A stretch of 64,000 nt of DNA from NCBI RefSeq assembly GCF_964204645.1, contig NC_134031.1, forward strand, positions 4,340,001 to 4,404,000, given 5' to 3'. The DNA is from Tubulanus polymorphus. Lineage: Eukaryota > Animalia > Nemertea. The position numbers and the translations under genes are program-made. The notes beneath the pieces are model-generated. The model ran no database searches. It saw only the letters and a program-made list of their open reading frames with translations, and was not told the DNA's origin. Shown here piece after piece: positions 12,385 through 26,833 of this stretch. Positions within the stretch are counted from its first letter, which is position 1. The number at the start of each line of letters is the position of its first letter.

Positions 12385-12485
12385 GATTCATGTTCCAACG
12401 CGGAGCCCGAGCGTTTACGATCTAACTTGGTCACGCTTTTCGTGCGCTTCAGGTTACTTTTGAACGGACGTCTGCTAAAAAAGTT
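12385..12485 (-). CDS. RASAL2: RasGAP exon (NFFSRRPFKSNLKRTKSVTKLDRKRSGSALEHES)
   Basis: Contains the KRTKS..KLDR motif of the DAB2IP/RASAL2/SynGAP family; phase 0 to 2. Confidence 0.92.
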
Positions 12486-12572
12486 CTACAATAGAAAAAA
12501 AACGAATTTTGGAATACAGGAGTAATATCAACGAAATGAACGTATCAGGACTGATTCATCAATAGCCTAGAA

Positions 12573-12843
12573 CAGGGTGGCCCCTTTTTGCCAATTTGCT
12601 AATCCCCTGATTTTTCCATGTGATTACACAAAATTCCTCAGGGAATCAGAAAAATTTCTAGATTTAAAATGTTACAATTCATTCATTTTTCATTGAATCA
12701 CATTTTGATAAAGAACTACGTTGTCAATAACATATCCAAATTCCCCGAGTTTTCCAGCTTTTTTGTGCAAAATTTAACAAATTCCCAGATTTTTCCATGA
12801 TTTTTTCTAGATTTTTCTGATTCCAAGGTCAGTGGCCACCCCG
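12573..12843. mobile_element. MITE family with TIR CAGGGTGGCCACT (Tc1/mariner-like ends)
   Basis: Related copies at about 4903-5202, 26352-26614 and 50100-50716, plus an end at 7655-7668. Confidence 0.65.
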
Positions 12844-12941
12844 TAGACATCTTTCCTTCGACTTAAATTCGAGTGCAATAAAAATCTTATCGACAGAACA
12901 ATTTCATCGATATCTTGTTTTATTACTATCGTTAGACTTAC

Positions 12942-13051
12942 GGCAATTTTCGAAGCTGGCGATGAGGTAGAATTATTATCGATATTATCTAACTGCGCGA
13001 GAGCTGGAACGCTACCCCTCCTTTCACCGAGAGCCTTCTCGTACGACGTAT
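12942..13051 (-). CDS. RASAL2: RasGAP shared exon (DTSYEKALGERRGSVPALAQLDNIDNNSTSSPASKIA)
   Basis: Acceptor ttttaattatcgacag, donor GCC|gtaagt, phase 1 to 0. Confidence 0.85.
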
Positions 13052-14620
13052 CTGTCGATAATTAAAAAAAACATCGAAATCTTTACATGCAATTTATCGA
13101 GGTAATCTTCATCTGTCGATGCATTCAAACAAAATCATAAAACATAAGTTTTTAGGAACGCTTTTACCATTGTATGTAATGTCTCTTACAATTTGTTTTT
13201 ATTTTCTAGTATTCCAATTATTTTCTAGTACGGTGTTTTAACAATTTCATGATTATCATTTCATGTAACCTTTTCTATATAAAGGGCTATGATTATTCTA
13301 TAGAATAGCGCTATAAAAAAATAAATTATGATCATAAGCATAATTATAATCATATTTAGTATTATCATATTTATCATTAATATTAAATCGCATATAATAG
13401 GGGATGTCTGTGATTGAGAGTGAAAATCCTGGTTAAGCAGGTTAGACTAAATGCTGTACAAATGTGAATTTTCAGAAATCGCAAGCATAACATATACATC
13501 GATAATGAGGTAAAATCATGATTGATTTATAGGGTACATAATCATTAGAAACAGTACGAACAGGAACAGCCAGACCCACAGACTAATAAGTTCATTCTAA
13601 GATTATTACAACTCTACTATCGAATTCAACTAATAGCAATAAAACAGCGTCTAGGAAGCAAGGCTACAGTTCGAACTGCTATTAGATTTGAAGCACAAGT
13701 AAAATTGGATCTCAGTTTCAGAGATAAAATCTACAGGACTGTAGAAGTGGATCTATCTTATTTTCTAGCTCAAAAAGTATGAGTCTTAGCATAAATATGT
13801 AAATGTTCTCAGCAACAAGACAGCACATGAGACATGGTGATGTTTGGTCAAGCAGGTCAACTCGTATTCTATTGCCGACAACTTGTCCCTGTATTTTGAC
13901 AAGCTATTCACCTCACCTACTTATTTTTCCTGGCTTTGTTCGTCAGACATCAAAGCAAAAAAAAATGAATCTTCCTTTTGCGCCATCAGGTTTACGCGCA
14001 ACGGAAGATATTTTTGACATCCGAAAAAAACCTATTTCCGATAATGGTTCTATACACGCGACTTTTTTAACTTCGTTAATACCAGCCGCGATGCTACAGG
14101 AAATATCGAGAAACTTGAACATGATAAAAATCGAGTGTAGTTCAGTACATCGAAACTTAAAAAGAGGGACGAGTTGAATGGGTACGAGTTGAATGTTAAA
14201 ATCCGATGATGTTTCAGTACGGAAACGTAGCCGATTAAGAACGAAGTGCTGCAGCCACGTCTGAGAGTTGAAGCGGGAGATGCTACAGTGCACGATCATC
14301 ATCCTGTTCCAGCGACATCGTCGGCATTCAGACAATTAGACACTAATGAGAGCCGCATTTCGAATCGTAAGGGAATAGCTGAATACACAGGGAATATCGA
14401 CGCAATTACATCGAACACTACACACGATCGAAAACTCGAATCAACGTCATCGAAATTAATGAAACGACAATAAAATCAGAGATAACTTAATGACGATTAC
14501 AGCGCTGAATCAATGTTAGCGCTGATGCGTTACCACGGATCTGGGTGGAGATACGACATTGTAAAAAACTCCTAGATCGAAGCACGATGCAGACTGAAGT
14601 CCTGCAAGAATGTAACTTAC

Positions 14621-14642
14621 ATTTGAAGTTAAGATATGGCAT
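14621..14642 (-). CDS. Weak candidate alternative first micro-exon (MPYLNFK)
   Basis: ATG with phase-1 donor T|gtaagt; very short. Confidence 0.25.
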
Positions 14643-15413
14643 TTAAAAAAAAACTAAATCTTCTAGATTGGGGTCGACGGTGACCGAGGTCGTGCTAGAA
14701 TGCAACCAACATTTTGGGCTAAGATATGACAACTTACGTACATTTCGGAGGTTTCCGCGAAATTACTTCCATCGCGATAAACGACAGTTTCTATAATGTA
14801 TCCTTTAAACGATCCGAAAGTGTTTCTCACAATAACCAGCGTATAGAAGAGACGGTCATAAAACAATTCTTCACCCGAAAACGTTTCTCGTATATGGTCA
14901 CAATTTCGCTGATCTGTTTTTCAGGATGTTACCTTCTACGGGAGAGTTATTTGTTCCGGATTATCAACAAACGAACAGTCATACTTAACCGGCACGTTAA
15001 TCCCGCATAATTCCATCATGTCACTTTCCTTCGAGGCGCGCTCGCTTGCGAATTTTGTTCACGATACACGCCTACAAACTGTGAGCGCGGGTTCTCGGTA
15101 AGATGAAGAAAATCCTCGCCCGACCCACCGCTCGCTCGCGATCAAAAATTACACGAAAAACAATTACGAAAACATCTCACCGACCAAGGATGGGAGAACC
15201 TAAGCGAGAGCTTAGACTTGTTGACTACTCGCGGTTTGAGCGTTATCGGTTGAAGATCTGTTCACTGATTCGTCGAATGTCAATAACGTGAATAGACGAA
15301 CAGTCGTTTCGAATGACTAAAATCAATAAATCCGAATAAAATCGAATCATCCTTGTAACTAATATCGTTTGTCAACACACAGAGAGAGTGAACAAATATC
15401 TTACATTTACGTG

Positions 15414-15433
15414 ATATATAATATATTTACGTG

Positions 15434-15521
<88 letters not shown>
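15414..15521. repeat. (AT)n microsatellite
   Basis: Directly visible. Confidence 0.95.
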
Positions 15522-15522
<1 letters not shown>

Positions 15523-16291
15523 TTCGATATTCCACAGTTCGCGGTGAAGATCGTGAGTCAAATCATAGAAGGTGAAGTGATGTCAATGCTAAATTCAAAA
15601 CTTCAGCCTAGCTCAGTTCGCCTTATGTGGTAGGAAATATAACTTATTCTATTCTTACGATTCGGCCTGCGATCAGTATGCCATCAATCCGTCTAGGTCA
15701 CAAGTACAATCATGTCGAAAAGATTCCTGATTGAAAGATCGCAGACTTAAATGCTGCGATGATATGATCAGATCCTAGTCGACCTGAGTTAGGCGTTGAT
15801 CGCGAACTCTGGAGCCAGATCCCGAATTTTACAATCTCAGATTCATACAAAAAAAATCCATATTTCAAGAATGCTGCGCACTATCCCTGAACCTGATTCT
15901 TCTCGGGGAGATCAAGCGTTTTTTCCATACAGGATCATTTAAACAAATCCCCTTTTTCCGGCGAAATGTAATCCGCGTTGACGTTTTTCATTACGCATTA
16001 TATAGATAGAAGTTGTTTCGACGGATTCTAAAATTCAAGGACGTCAAAACACGCGTGCGCGCGGTTAACGATAAATTTCAGTTAAGTTTCCGATGACGCA
16101 GAAGAAGCAGCAGCAGCGAGGAGGAGGAGGTTTGCGGCTCTCTTACTCAGTAGGAAGATACATCAACGCCGAGATGAGATATTAAAAACGTGATATGAAT
16201 ATATATCGTTTGAAAGTAAGACACCTGTTTTACATGTGATTATGAGATCACAACCGAGATCCACCTGAATATATACGTACACCTTGACCCC

Positions 16292-16331
<40 letters not shown>

Positions 16332-18148
16332 TAGATGAATCATAGATCCAGCACATGTCTGTAAACCTTCCTTCCTTCCTTCCTTCCTCACAGCCCCAAC
16401 AAACCTCACTCCCCAATAATAACATGTTGAAATACCGTAATCAGATTTTGAAGTCATGTTCTAAGGTCATAAGGAATCATTAGATCATAAGAAAGACCAT
16501 AATTAAGATCATAAGGAATCGGCAACCAGTCAAGATCCGATCCGATCGTCTGCGATTCAGTCTTAAGAACACTCACGTGACATCACTAGGTTGAGGTGCT
16601 GATTCGGACAAGACTCGTTTATCGGATCTTACCTAAACTCAGGTTACCTTAGATCCACCATAATTTTGAACCAAAGGCTTAAGTCATGTGATGTATATAC
16701 ATCGCTGTTCATTGGCTACGACCTCACGACCTACAGTCTTGGCTCAGGCATCTCGACCTTGCAACGTGACACGAGTGTTCTTAAGATGATCCATCGGATC
16801 TCCGTGAGACCCGAGTTAGGCTTTAGTCATCTGAGAAAGTGTCTGATGTTATCAGAGACGTTACGTATAACAACAGTTCAGCCTCCTCCCTATTCTCACT
16901 CCGTTGAATCTAACAATTTCAAAACAACACAGAATTACGGTTAAAAACAAATCATCCACTTACCATATCAAATGTTGTTCTGGACCTAGTTTAGTTCCCT
17001 AGCTGTTGGGTAAGTTTGACCCTGAGTTTATTTCCGATGTTTTAAACCTAGTCATAATTCATTCGAGGCTGCCTGAGATTTCGATATCAATCGGTATCAC
17101 GATACCGCTACTATTAATCCCTCCCCATTCCCTCTGCAACCCAATCTAATCAAATGATATCGTCCCTCTTCTCATTACGACATAGCGTTAGACGCAATTC
17201 TACTATGTAGTCATAATCAACCTACCATCGAATCGAAAAACATGAATCGTAGAGTTTGAATATCCATCCTAGAGAATGTAATCATAATGCTACCATGTAC
17301 GAGACTGGAGCCTGCGCAAGAATTTCCACAGTCACACATTCATCCGCAATGTCCTTGGGACAGATGGATGGATGCTGTGCCGTTGATGCTGTTGAATATT
17401 CGAGCGTCATAACAATCAGACAGGAGAGAGGAGAGCGGAGAGACGACAGAGGTTAGAGGGAGAGAGCGTACTGCTGACATCGACCTTTCGAGCTATGATC
17501 GAATCTAAAATAATGGACTCTAATGATTGAGTTCATTGACGAAAAAATTTCGAAAAATACGGTCGACTCGCTTCTCAAGTCATCATAACGTCAATGAATT
17601 AGAGTCATCGAAATGTTGACTAAGAAACATGTAACACTTAGTACTAAGTGGGACTAGAAATTAAGACACATTTTGAGTAATAACGCTGACTAATATGATG
17701 GCAACTTAGACTGCGCGTTCTCCCCTTTCCAGTCGTATTCCATCCGATAAAAGGTCAATATGTTTCTTTGTGCAGTATTATTTCTTTCATGCGTCATACT
17801 TTTTTTTCTAAAGATGAAAGCTCATCGTTCGTCCTTTTTCTGTGACATACTGAAGTGATGTACGTGTGTCTCTGGAAGAAGCGCGCGATGAGTTATTACC
17901 GAGATGAGGAGATTTCGCTGTTTACGTCACCGGCGCCGAGCGGTGTTCGTGTGCGCGCGTACGATTTGGAAAATCTATATTCATTTCGTCCTTCGACTTA
18001 AATTTGACATTTTCACTTGAAGCCTGCAGTTCGCAAACGGCAACATGATGGGACAAGAACAAGTTAAATACAAGACTTGAGCTAAATAATCTCAGTTTAA
18101 GGAACTGTTCTACAAGTATTTTCATTTATAAAACATCACACACGTTAA

Positions 18149-18422
18149 CCCTTTCAGTTCATCTACAGCGTGGTGCGGCGTATAAATTGGTTATGTACTT
18201 TGCTAGTACTTCGCATCGAGGGGTATCGATTTCATCGGTAATTAGTCATTATTTCTATTGAAAGATGGCAGCTCCTGTCAAACATAATGAAATGTGAGTG
18301 ATTGACGATACACTGCACTGTGGTGTAGATGCAGTATACAACAACGCACTGAGGTGGAATTTTTCTAGATTTTCGAAACATTTCCAGCAGTTAAGGGTGA
18401 AAATAAGTCAGGACTGAAAGGG
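18149..18422. mobile_element. piggyBac-type MITE
   Basis: TTAA-CCCTTTCAG...CTGAAAGGG-TTAA. Confidence 0.85.
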
Positions 18423-21412
18423 TTAAAGAAAAGGCAAGTATACGTAATACAGAAGCCAAATGTTATAACTTATTTTCTGATGAATGAGAAAACTCGAGTA
18501 ACCATGGCAACAATTAAACAAACTGAGCCCGCCTACGCGCGTAACAATTGACAATTGCATATTCACGGCAAAAAGTTAATTAGATTTTCGGCCGTGATCG
18601 CTGATAATAAACGCGAACCATTGACGCCACCCGGTGGTAAAATCGATTACTAATCTGCAGGATTGAGTATTAGATTAGTCTCAGATCTAGACACAAAATA
18701 AGCGCTATCTTCTCAATTCTCTCGGAGATTTATGTCAGTAAAAAAAGTAGAATTGCAACACTGACTCACCTATGGAGAATGAGATTAGAACCCACTAGAT
18801 ACACATTTGAACGATTAAAAAAAACAAATTTTTTTCCAAAATCATAAGATTGCTGAAAACAGCAATAACGGGTTTTCTGCCTTTTTGGTTAAAATACCAC
18901 ACTAACGTTTTGAAATCAGTCTTTAATCAGTTAATGAAATACGACTTTTTTATAGGGGTATTACCTAGAGACCAACACATATACTGGATATGGAGATCAT
19001 TATCATATGTGCATCAAGTGCTAAGTACTGATGTTGTAGCAAGTTTGAACTTAGCAAAGAAGATTGAAGAAAGATAGGGTGCTTTCACTTAACAATCCCC
19101 CTGGTGGCAGTTGTTTGAACTAATAATTTCAGTTGGCATGTCGCATTGCACATAAGTTTCAGACTCAAACCCGACGATGGTCTCTTCAAGCATCCGGATT
19201 TTCATGGCTTTTGTTAGTTTCAATCTTTTAATTTGTCTATAGCGGGTTTTAATCTCACCGGTTGGTAAAAATTGTATCGCAGATTTTCGAATGAATCACT
19301 GCTGAATCTTTCGAAGAATTTTCCCAAGATCTCGATACTGACCCCGAAGCCAATAATCTACGAGAAGTCATCTTTTCCGAAGTCGAGAGAGCACGCTGGT
19401 AAGCATCAACTGAACTCAGCGAACATAACGTGGAAAAAATTACCACTTTCAGCTCATTCGAATAAAACAAAGATGACTTTCTTCTCGGTTATGCAAGAAC
19501 GCTACTCACTCCCTCTCTAACTAATCCTTTGATGGATTGAGAAAATCAGGCAAAAGCTATTTACAAACAGTTCAGACCAAACTAGCTGTTGAAAACCGAG
19601 CCTGACTCATCACGGCTTTACAGGTGTTTTACGGATTTACAAAAAATGGACCCACAGCCATACGGGTTCGACCTCGCGTGGGTTAGAAAAAATAATCCTG
19701 CGCAATGGAAGGGGTGCAAGGGCTTTAAGGGATCACTACGAAGGTACCCTTGAAATGTATCGATTAAATGGATTATGTACAGTGACGATTTTGACGAACG
19801 ACAAAAAAACTTATTCAACTTTAGCCTAATCAGCAATAAGAACCATGAGGATATCATACTTCAAAACAAGATGAAATGAAATCCAGCGATTACATTTCTA
19901 AACCAACTCTATTCAGTAGACTTTTCACAACTATTTCAAACGCCACACTTATATATATTTGTCTATGGTATGAACTACCAACGTGAATTCAGCCTAGGGC
20001 CAGATTTCTTTTAGAAATGTTCAGACACACTATAAGAGATCATCCATTCACGTGAAAACTGGTCGCTATATTTGAAAAGAAAATCACGATTTTCCGACAT
20101 GATTATCGTTAATGCATTAAGAAATACCATTATCGCAGACAAAAAGAAATATATTTCAAAACCTAAGAGAATTATCAAACTGATCGTAAATAGCAGATTT
20201 CAGAGGTGCAGTGGCAGACAGTCTTCCACTCACTCTTAAGTGTCTTCTCACCCATAATAGGGCGAAAGAAAGCCCCATTCAGGTATTGAAATTAGAAGCT
20301 TTTTTTTACTTACGGCTAAGCGTGCCAACCAGCCTGCTATCAATCCTATAACATCGTGCCCTATTGCGCTAGTCGTGTATATATATCTGATATGCGAGAT
20401 ATTTGATAAATTGCGAAATTAAATCAAGCTGCGTGGTCTTGTGTATTACGCATTTGTATGTATCGATGAAAAGATCTGAAGGTCTTTCATTGTTCAATGG
20501 CATGAATTCAAATTGCCTTTGTTTTTCAGCGGTATATCTCTCTGTGCACTGAAGTGCTATACTCGGGTAGCTTCTGGCTTTATATAGCAGTAATATCGAT
20601 GTAACAGGTGTTCACCATGCGTTCGGATAGTCATCGATTTTTCATCAATTTGTGAAAGATTTATCGATTGTATATATACGATATATAGATACGTGAGCGA
20701 CGGTGAAAAGACTTTGAAGTCGTTTTTTCAGATGAAATCGACGCAGATTGAAGTCAAGCACTAGAGGAATTTGTAACGCTACAGCTGTAGAGGCCGGTTC
20801 AATATAGACGGGATAGAAATTCTAAAGAGATATTTCGAAAACAGTCCATACTTTTAACGCTTTACGTAAAGCCTTGTGCACACTTTTTTAGTTTCTTTTT
20901 GATTATCTGGAATCATTGTTCTCCACAACAGGTTTTAGAGGGGTGGCCACTACTTTCATTTTTACATCCACCCCTCTGAAAATCAGCCACCCCCTTATTA
21001 AGTATCCGCTGCTACTACCAGAATGGACGTCAATATTCTATCAATGCTGATAGTTGTTTTGAAATATATCGAGCTAATACGAAAAATGGAAGATTACACC
21101 AAAACATTAAGCTTAATCATTCTTAATTTTTTGGGGGATCGAAAGCCTTGCTAGTTCAGCAGCCACGAATGCGGGCCTTATAAAATTCCAACACATAGAG
21201 AACAGCGCTGGAATATGTGCACCAGGCCCATACTAAATCGAAACTAATAGTAAACCCATTTATGGCCCGTAAATATTTTGATTACTAGGTGGAAATAAAG
21301 CATTGATTGATTTGTTGATTCGATACAGACGTCAACCCATTTCACCACAAGCTGAATAGAGGATAGCGCGCCGATCGACGGGAAAGGGTTAATACGGCGA
21401 TAGCCAACTTAC

Positions 21413-21479
21413 TGAGACTGTAGCGATCGGACCGGTCCACGTCGGCCGACAGTCCCGAACACAGTTTGAATAAATCCAT
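21413..21479 (-). CDS. RASAL2: Putative alternative first exon V6 (MDLFKLCSGLSADVDRSDRYSL)
   Basis: ATG in ACGATGG context, 22 codons + 1 nt, donor CTC A|gtaagt, phase 1, CpG-rich. Confidence 0.55.
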
Positions 21480-22528
21480 CGTCGAACCTTACACAGAAAT
21501 AATCCGCGCGTAAACAAACAATTCGTTAAAACAGAAGACGTAGAGGACGATGATATCCTTCGGGCGTCGTAATAATCCTCGCCGATATCATTACGAGGTG
21601 GTTTTTTCATTCGCGCCACTGAAGGAAAGGCGACCACTGCGTTGTTTATGAGGAATACTGATCAATTGAATGAGGCCAATCAGTACTAGTTCGGATATAC
21701 ACGAATTGTGTAATCTCCTATGTATATGTCAATTCTAGTGATATAATTTACAGAGGCGCACACGACCAGATAACCAGATATAGGCAGGTAGGTATTTCAC
21801 GCCGATAAAATGTACTGTTACTAATATACCGCGCGTACACCCGAGTAACCCACCTAAACGACACCCTATTTCCTTTTTGACTTCTCGATCACAAAAAGAC
21901 GAATTCCAGAATTTAAAAAAGAAATCTATTCATAAGTAGATTATTCGACGGGGCTAGCGCGAGCGCGTGATCGTACGGAATTTCTCGACTTCCTCGATCG
22001 AAAGTTTCATGATCAAACCAAACAAACAAGTTTTCTCGATCTGATTATCCCCAAACGCGAGAGTGACAAACCGTTAAACTGTGATCGCATTACGCGGCTT
22101 GCATATATACATTTTAACAAGGGGTTTATCAAAGAATGCTTATCATAACCATCACAGATACTTATCACGAATGTCTGGTGTTTGTCACACGATTTCACAG
22201 GAAATTATTTACATTACTTAGAGTTGTCATTCCAAAAATAACTAATAACCATAAATTTTTACTGACAAATACCACGATGAAATTTTCCAGGCCCCAATCT
22301 CACAAAAATTTACCAAATTCCATAACGTGGTAGTGCTATAGGAAGATATAAAATATGTTTAAATGAGAGTCGATGTTTTGAAAATTGAATTTGAAGTTTA
22401 CCTGCTAAATGTGACGTGACTATCTTGGTCAAGATTACCGCATTCATGATCGAAGTCTATTCGTACTTTTAAAACCATACAAACTTCATTAATATATATG
22501 TATGAAATCTTTTGAGTGGACCACTTAC

Positions 22529-22598
22529 ATATTGGTCGAATGTATGAACTCTTGTCTTGTTGTGAATGAATGTCTTGATATGTTTGCGAAACAAACAT
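22529..22598 (-). CDS. Weak candidate alternative first exon (MFVSQTYQDIHSQQDKSSYIRPI)
   Basis: ATG with phase-1 donor T|gtaagt; AT-rich context, so it could be chance. Confidence 0.3.
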
Positions 22599-23589
22599 TC
22601 AATCATATATTATTCATTACTAGACACTTAGGCTAAATACTTCAATTTCTGATTTCAAAATCGAACCCCCTGTTTTGCAGGCGTGAGGGACACCAAATCA
22701 AAACAAATCAAACGAAATCTACCAATCAAATAAATATCAGGGTCAATCCCTATTTTAAAATATGCAACATCTTTTTAAACGGACGAGATTTGACCCTGTG
22801 GAATTTTAGAAATTCTACATTAATGTCAACTTCAGAAACCCGGGATTGCTTTATTCTAATACCTCCATCATTTAACCCGGCCGAGGAGTTAAATTTTAAC
22901 TTGAAAATCCACTTAAGTTTATTTTACGATTTCTTAAAAATGCAGAATAATCCACATTTGGATCTAAAAATGAATCTAATTTTTCACAATCTCTTAAAAA
23001 TATCCCAAACTTTGACTTCAGTTGTGTTGGTCATTGTTGGTCGTTATCTATTCATAAAAATAGATAATTGTGGGGTTATATAGCCTGTATTGTGGGGTAT
23101 TATTGTGGGGTTATATAGAGGTACTTTCAATCCCCTCCTACCAGGCCCAAACAATCAAGACAATCCAAAAGTACAGATGGAAACCATTCATTATGTTATA
23201 AGTTAACTATAGAATTGAGGCTATAATACGTTTACTGTAATAGCTTAATCTGGCATGAAATTCGTCGAAACATGTGACCGAGCGATTTAAATGAATGTAT
23301 AGTTAACACTCTCACTACCATGAAACCAGGATATCATGCATGAACACATGCGTCGCGCATATAAACATTTGTATATGACGATCATTATACAATAAACCTT
23401 GCCTAACTCTGACAAACTGGGAATGGGCAAAACTGGTCCACGGTGAACGAGGTCCGAGTTGAAGGAAAGGAAAATATGCCGGGATGTCAGGAAAATGATT
23501 CCGTGTTCGAGTAAGCCAAAGTACGAGACGGCCAAGTCCGAGTAAGGCAACGTTTACTGTAGATTGATTACCTAGAGATCTCAAGATGA

Positions 23590-23913
23590 AAAGTACTACG
23601 GCATATTGATAAAATGAACCCGATCTCTGGGCAAATTTGGAAATTTCCCACAAAAATATTGTTACATCGTCACTCCCTGTTTGATGAGTATTTTGTGTTT
23701 GTATATTTTGTACATTTTGTTGGACGTGTTTGTGAAATACTCACCGGGACTAAAGTACTACGGCATATTGATAAAATGAACCCGATCTCCGAGCAAATTT
23801 TGAAATATCCCACAAAAATATTGTTACATCGTCACTCCCTGTTTGATGAGTATTTTGTGTTTGTATATTTTGTACATTTTGTTGGACGTGTTTGTGAAAT
23901 ACTCACCGGGACT
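23590..23913. repeat. Near-perfect 162-bp tandem duplication that includes a splice donor
   Basis: 23590-23751 is nearly identical to 23752-23913. Confidence 0.95.
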
Positions 23914-23981
23914 CGGCGTTACCGGAGTACGAGCGTCGATCGTTGAACTTTTTACATAGGCATCCGTCGTTACTGCGTTAG
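23907..23981 (-). CDS. RASAL2: Symmetric 75-nt phase 1-1 (cassette) exon (xNAVTTDAYVKSSTIDARTPVTPSP)
   Basis: Polypyrimidine acceptor tttttctgtgtatttatag, donor CCC G|gtgagt, open frame, length divisible by 3. Confidence 0.7.
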
Positions 23982-26688
23982 CTATAAATACACAGAAAAA
24001 AAACAAGAGAATCAGAATCCTGTCGATTCGAGGGTCGTTTGGTAAATTTGTGATCCAAGCTGCCAACCTCTTAATAAAGTACCACCATGAATTTTCATCA
24101 GTAACATTTCATCGAAATATGTAAGAAAATGTTCAAATTAATCAGTAATCAACAGTAAGACCCTCGATAACATCTTTCATATTTCTGTACGCATCAAAAA
24201 AATCAAACCAGTTTTCTCATTACAAAATACTAACAAATAGTTACACTAACAGTACTGAAAATCAGGAACTGTTGGCAGCTCTGTGATCCCCCACGGGACC
24301 GTCCTAAATATCATCAACAAAAACAACTCTCGAGAAAGTTAGACGGAAAATCTTTCATGGAATCGTCTAATCATTTCGTAACCGACCCAGTTCTTTTTTC
24401 AATACACAAAAATATCGAACATAAACAGAAATAGCTCTCGGTCGCTGCGAATATCTGAAGAAGACTTACTGTCGCTGTTAGATTCGCCGTCCCATAAGAC
24501 ATATTTATGGAAAAAACAACTTAACCGACGACGCATTATTCCGCGATATACTAAAACGACTGCGACATTGCGGCTATAACCAGCAGCGCATTACACCAGC
24601 GCGAAATAACACATTTATCTATATCTAAGATGGCTGCTATAAGGCTATACAGTCATCGTTTATCTATCATTAAACGCCGATAACCAGCTATTTATAAGAC
24701 GTGAGTGAGCAGCATTGTTCTGGGAAAAGAATGCTACTTGAATTTTCAGCGTGAATACAACATTCGAAGGGTTACGCTCAAAATTCCAATGAAAAAAGGT
24801 TTTTGGCAAAAATTGATGAACTTACTTCCACCACCCATGGAAAAAAAAACAAGAATACGAAAACTCAGGTGTCGGGATAAAAAAAAACAGGTAGATAGTA
24901 AAGTTATACAGAAACAGGTGTTTGAAGTTGTTTTACAGAAGAACGGGGAACGCGAGCTAAGATAAACACTAATCTTATCATTAAACGGATAAGAGTTTGG
25001 ATAAGCCAACATTTCACACCACTGACTGATGAAAGAGAAGGCAACTAACAACAACAACAACAAGATCAAGGTATCTTCAGACACAGTTTTTGGCTACGGT
25101 ACATTTCACTCAGACCCTGAGATTCAGTTCAGTCAAATTTCAACGTTTTACTTCAAGTCGAATGTTCCTCCAAACCTTGATTTCTAAATGACAACAACGA
25201 AACTGGGTCGAAAAGCAGCTCGTTTGGCATCAACTGATTTCCTGATTGCCTGCTAGAACAATGTACCAGTCCACAATTCCCGCAGTCAGTACAGTAATCA
25301 AATCATTCTAAATTTGTCATTTCTACTAACTCAAGTATATTCGATTCAAGGAATCGGAGATGAGCGAATCGCGGCCGACGAAGGTTTTCCAGTGAACGAA
25401 CGGAACGCAGACAGACCGCAAATTGACTGAATAATAACAGATTAATGCTATAAATCCTGCCATTAACTCATTATTAGATGAGTCATAAGACTGTGTGTAT
25501 GAATGAATGAATGAATGAATGAATGACACAGGATTCTTATAGACGATATCTTCAACGCGCACCACCGGTACTGAGAATTAATGCAACCCGAGAATCAATA
25601 CTGTCTTCAACATCCAACAAAACAAAACAGTTCAACACGACTCAGACTCTAAAGCCATTAGAAGACCGAGGGGATTGTTATAAAACGTTATAAAATTTGC
25701 TAAGTGTTAAGATCAGCAAAGCGGTCCATCACTTAAATTTACTGTTACTAATACATAGTCGAGACTTAAGTTCAATAGTAGTCTGGGGTTCCTTAGTTGT
25801 GGGAACACCAATCTTAGACCAACTTAGTTCTATAGTCGGATTTAACAACTTTTGACCAGTGTTAAAATGTAAGACCACTTTTGGACTTAAGTCTTGAATA
25901 TGGAACTTGGCCCTGAAGTGTTAAGAATGGCTATAGAGCTGAGATGGTCTTAGACTGGTCTTAAGCCATGACTTTGAAACGGCTCCAGGGCCCCGGGTTC
26001 ACGGACTTATATTCGGAAAGTGTTTCAAATTTTGCGTTAGTTGTTTTTCGATAATCGCGCGGAAAAGATAACAAGCCAATCCCTAGATATTCCGAGCGAA
26101 GGGTTAAAGTTAATACCCGTTCATAAAAATTGGTTGGATAAATAAAAATGATGTTCAGTACATAATTTCGTGCGCGCGACATTGCTTCATCAAATATCAA
26201 TCATGTATAAATTGAATACGCAGCTAGTTGAGAATGCCAATTACGCAAGGCAATTTCAGAATTCATCTGATAACGCAGAAATAGATATATCAGAGCTCTT
26301 TCTATGGTTTTTTTTTACTGAATATGCTAGCAGTACTGATTATACTAGTACACGGTGGCCACTTTCTGTCCGTTTACAAATCCCCGTGGTTTTCCCTGAT
26401 TTTTCCATGTTATAACAAAAAATTCCCCAAGTAAATCAGAAAAATGTCTAGGTTTTAAAATGTTACAATTCATATTCATTCATTTCTCAATGAATCACAT
26501 AGTCAATATGACCAGAATTCCTTGAGTTTTCCAGGTTTTTGGTAAAATTTGTCAGATTCCGTTTTCCCAGATTTTTTCTTGATTTTTTCAGATTTTTCCA
26601 GGTCAGTGGCCACCAGACCGTAGTACGAAATAAACTTAACTTTTAACTAAAACCTAACACGAAAAATATGCGTTCCATCCCCACTTAC

Positions 26689-26833
26689 CCAGACGTAAAC
26701 TGCCGATTTCGCGATACCTGTACTTCCGTTTACCGCGTGCGCGGTTGAAAAATCCGGACAACTTCGGATAACGTTTCAAACTGAAATATTTACTCGCCCA
26801 TAAAATCGGGGCCGATTTCCATAAATCGTCCAT
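26689..26833 (-). CDS. RASAL2: Putative alternative first exon V5 (MDDLWKSAPILWASKYFSLKRYPKLSGFFNRARGKRKYRYREIGSLRL)
   Basis: ATG in ACGATGG context, 48 codons + 1 nt, donor CTG G|gtaagt, phase 1, CpG-rich upstream region. Confidence 0.62.

Noticed and set aside
19259-19371. ATG-initiated frame (MTSRRLL...) ending at a gtgaga donor
   Set aside because: The donor is phase 2, incompatible with the shared acceptor at 13051; it would need two conserved exons to be skipped.
24826-24838. MGGG micro-exon with a phase-1 gtaagt donor
   Set aside because: Too short to distinguish from chance.
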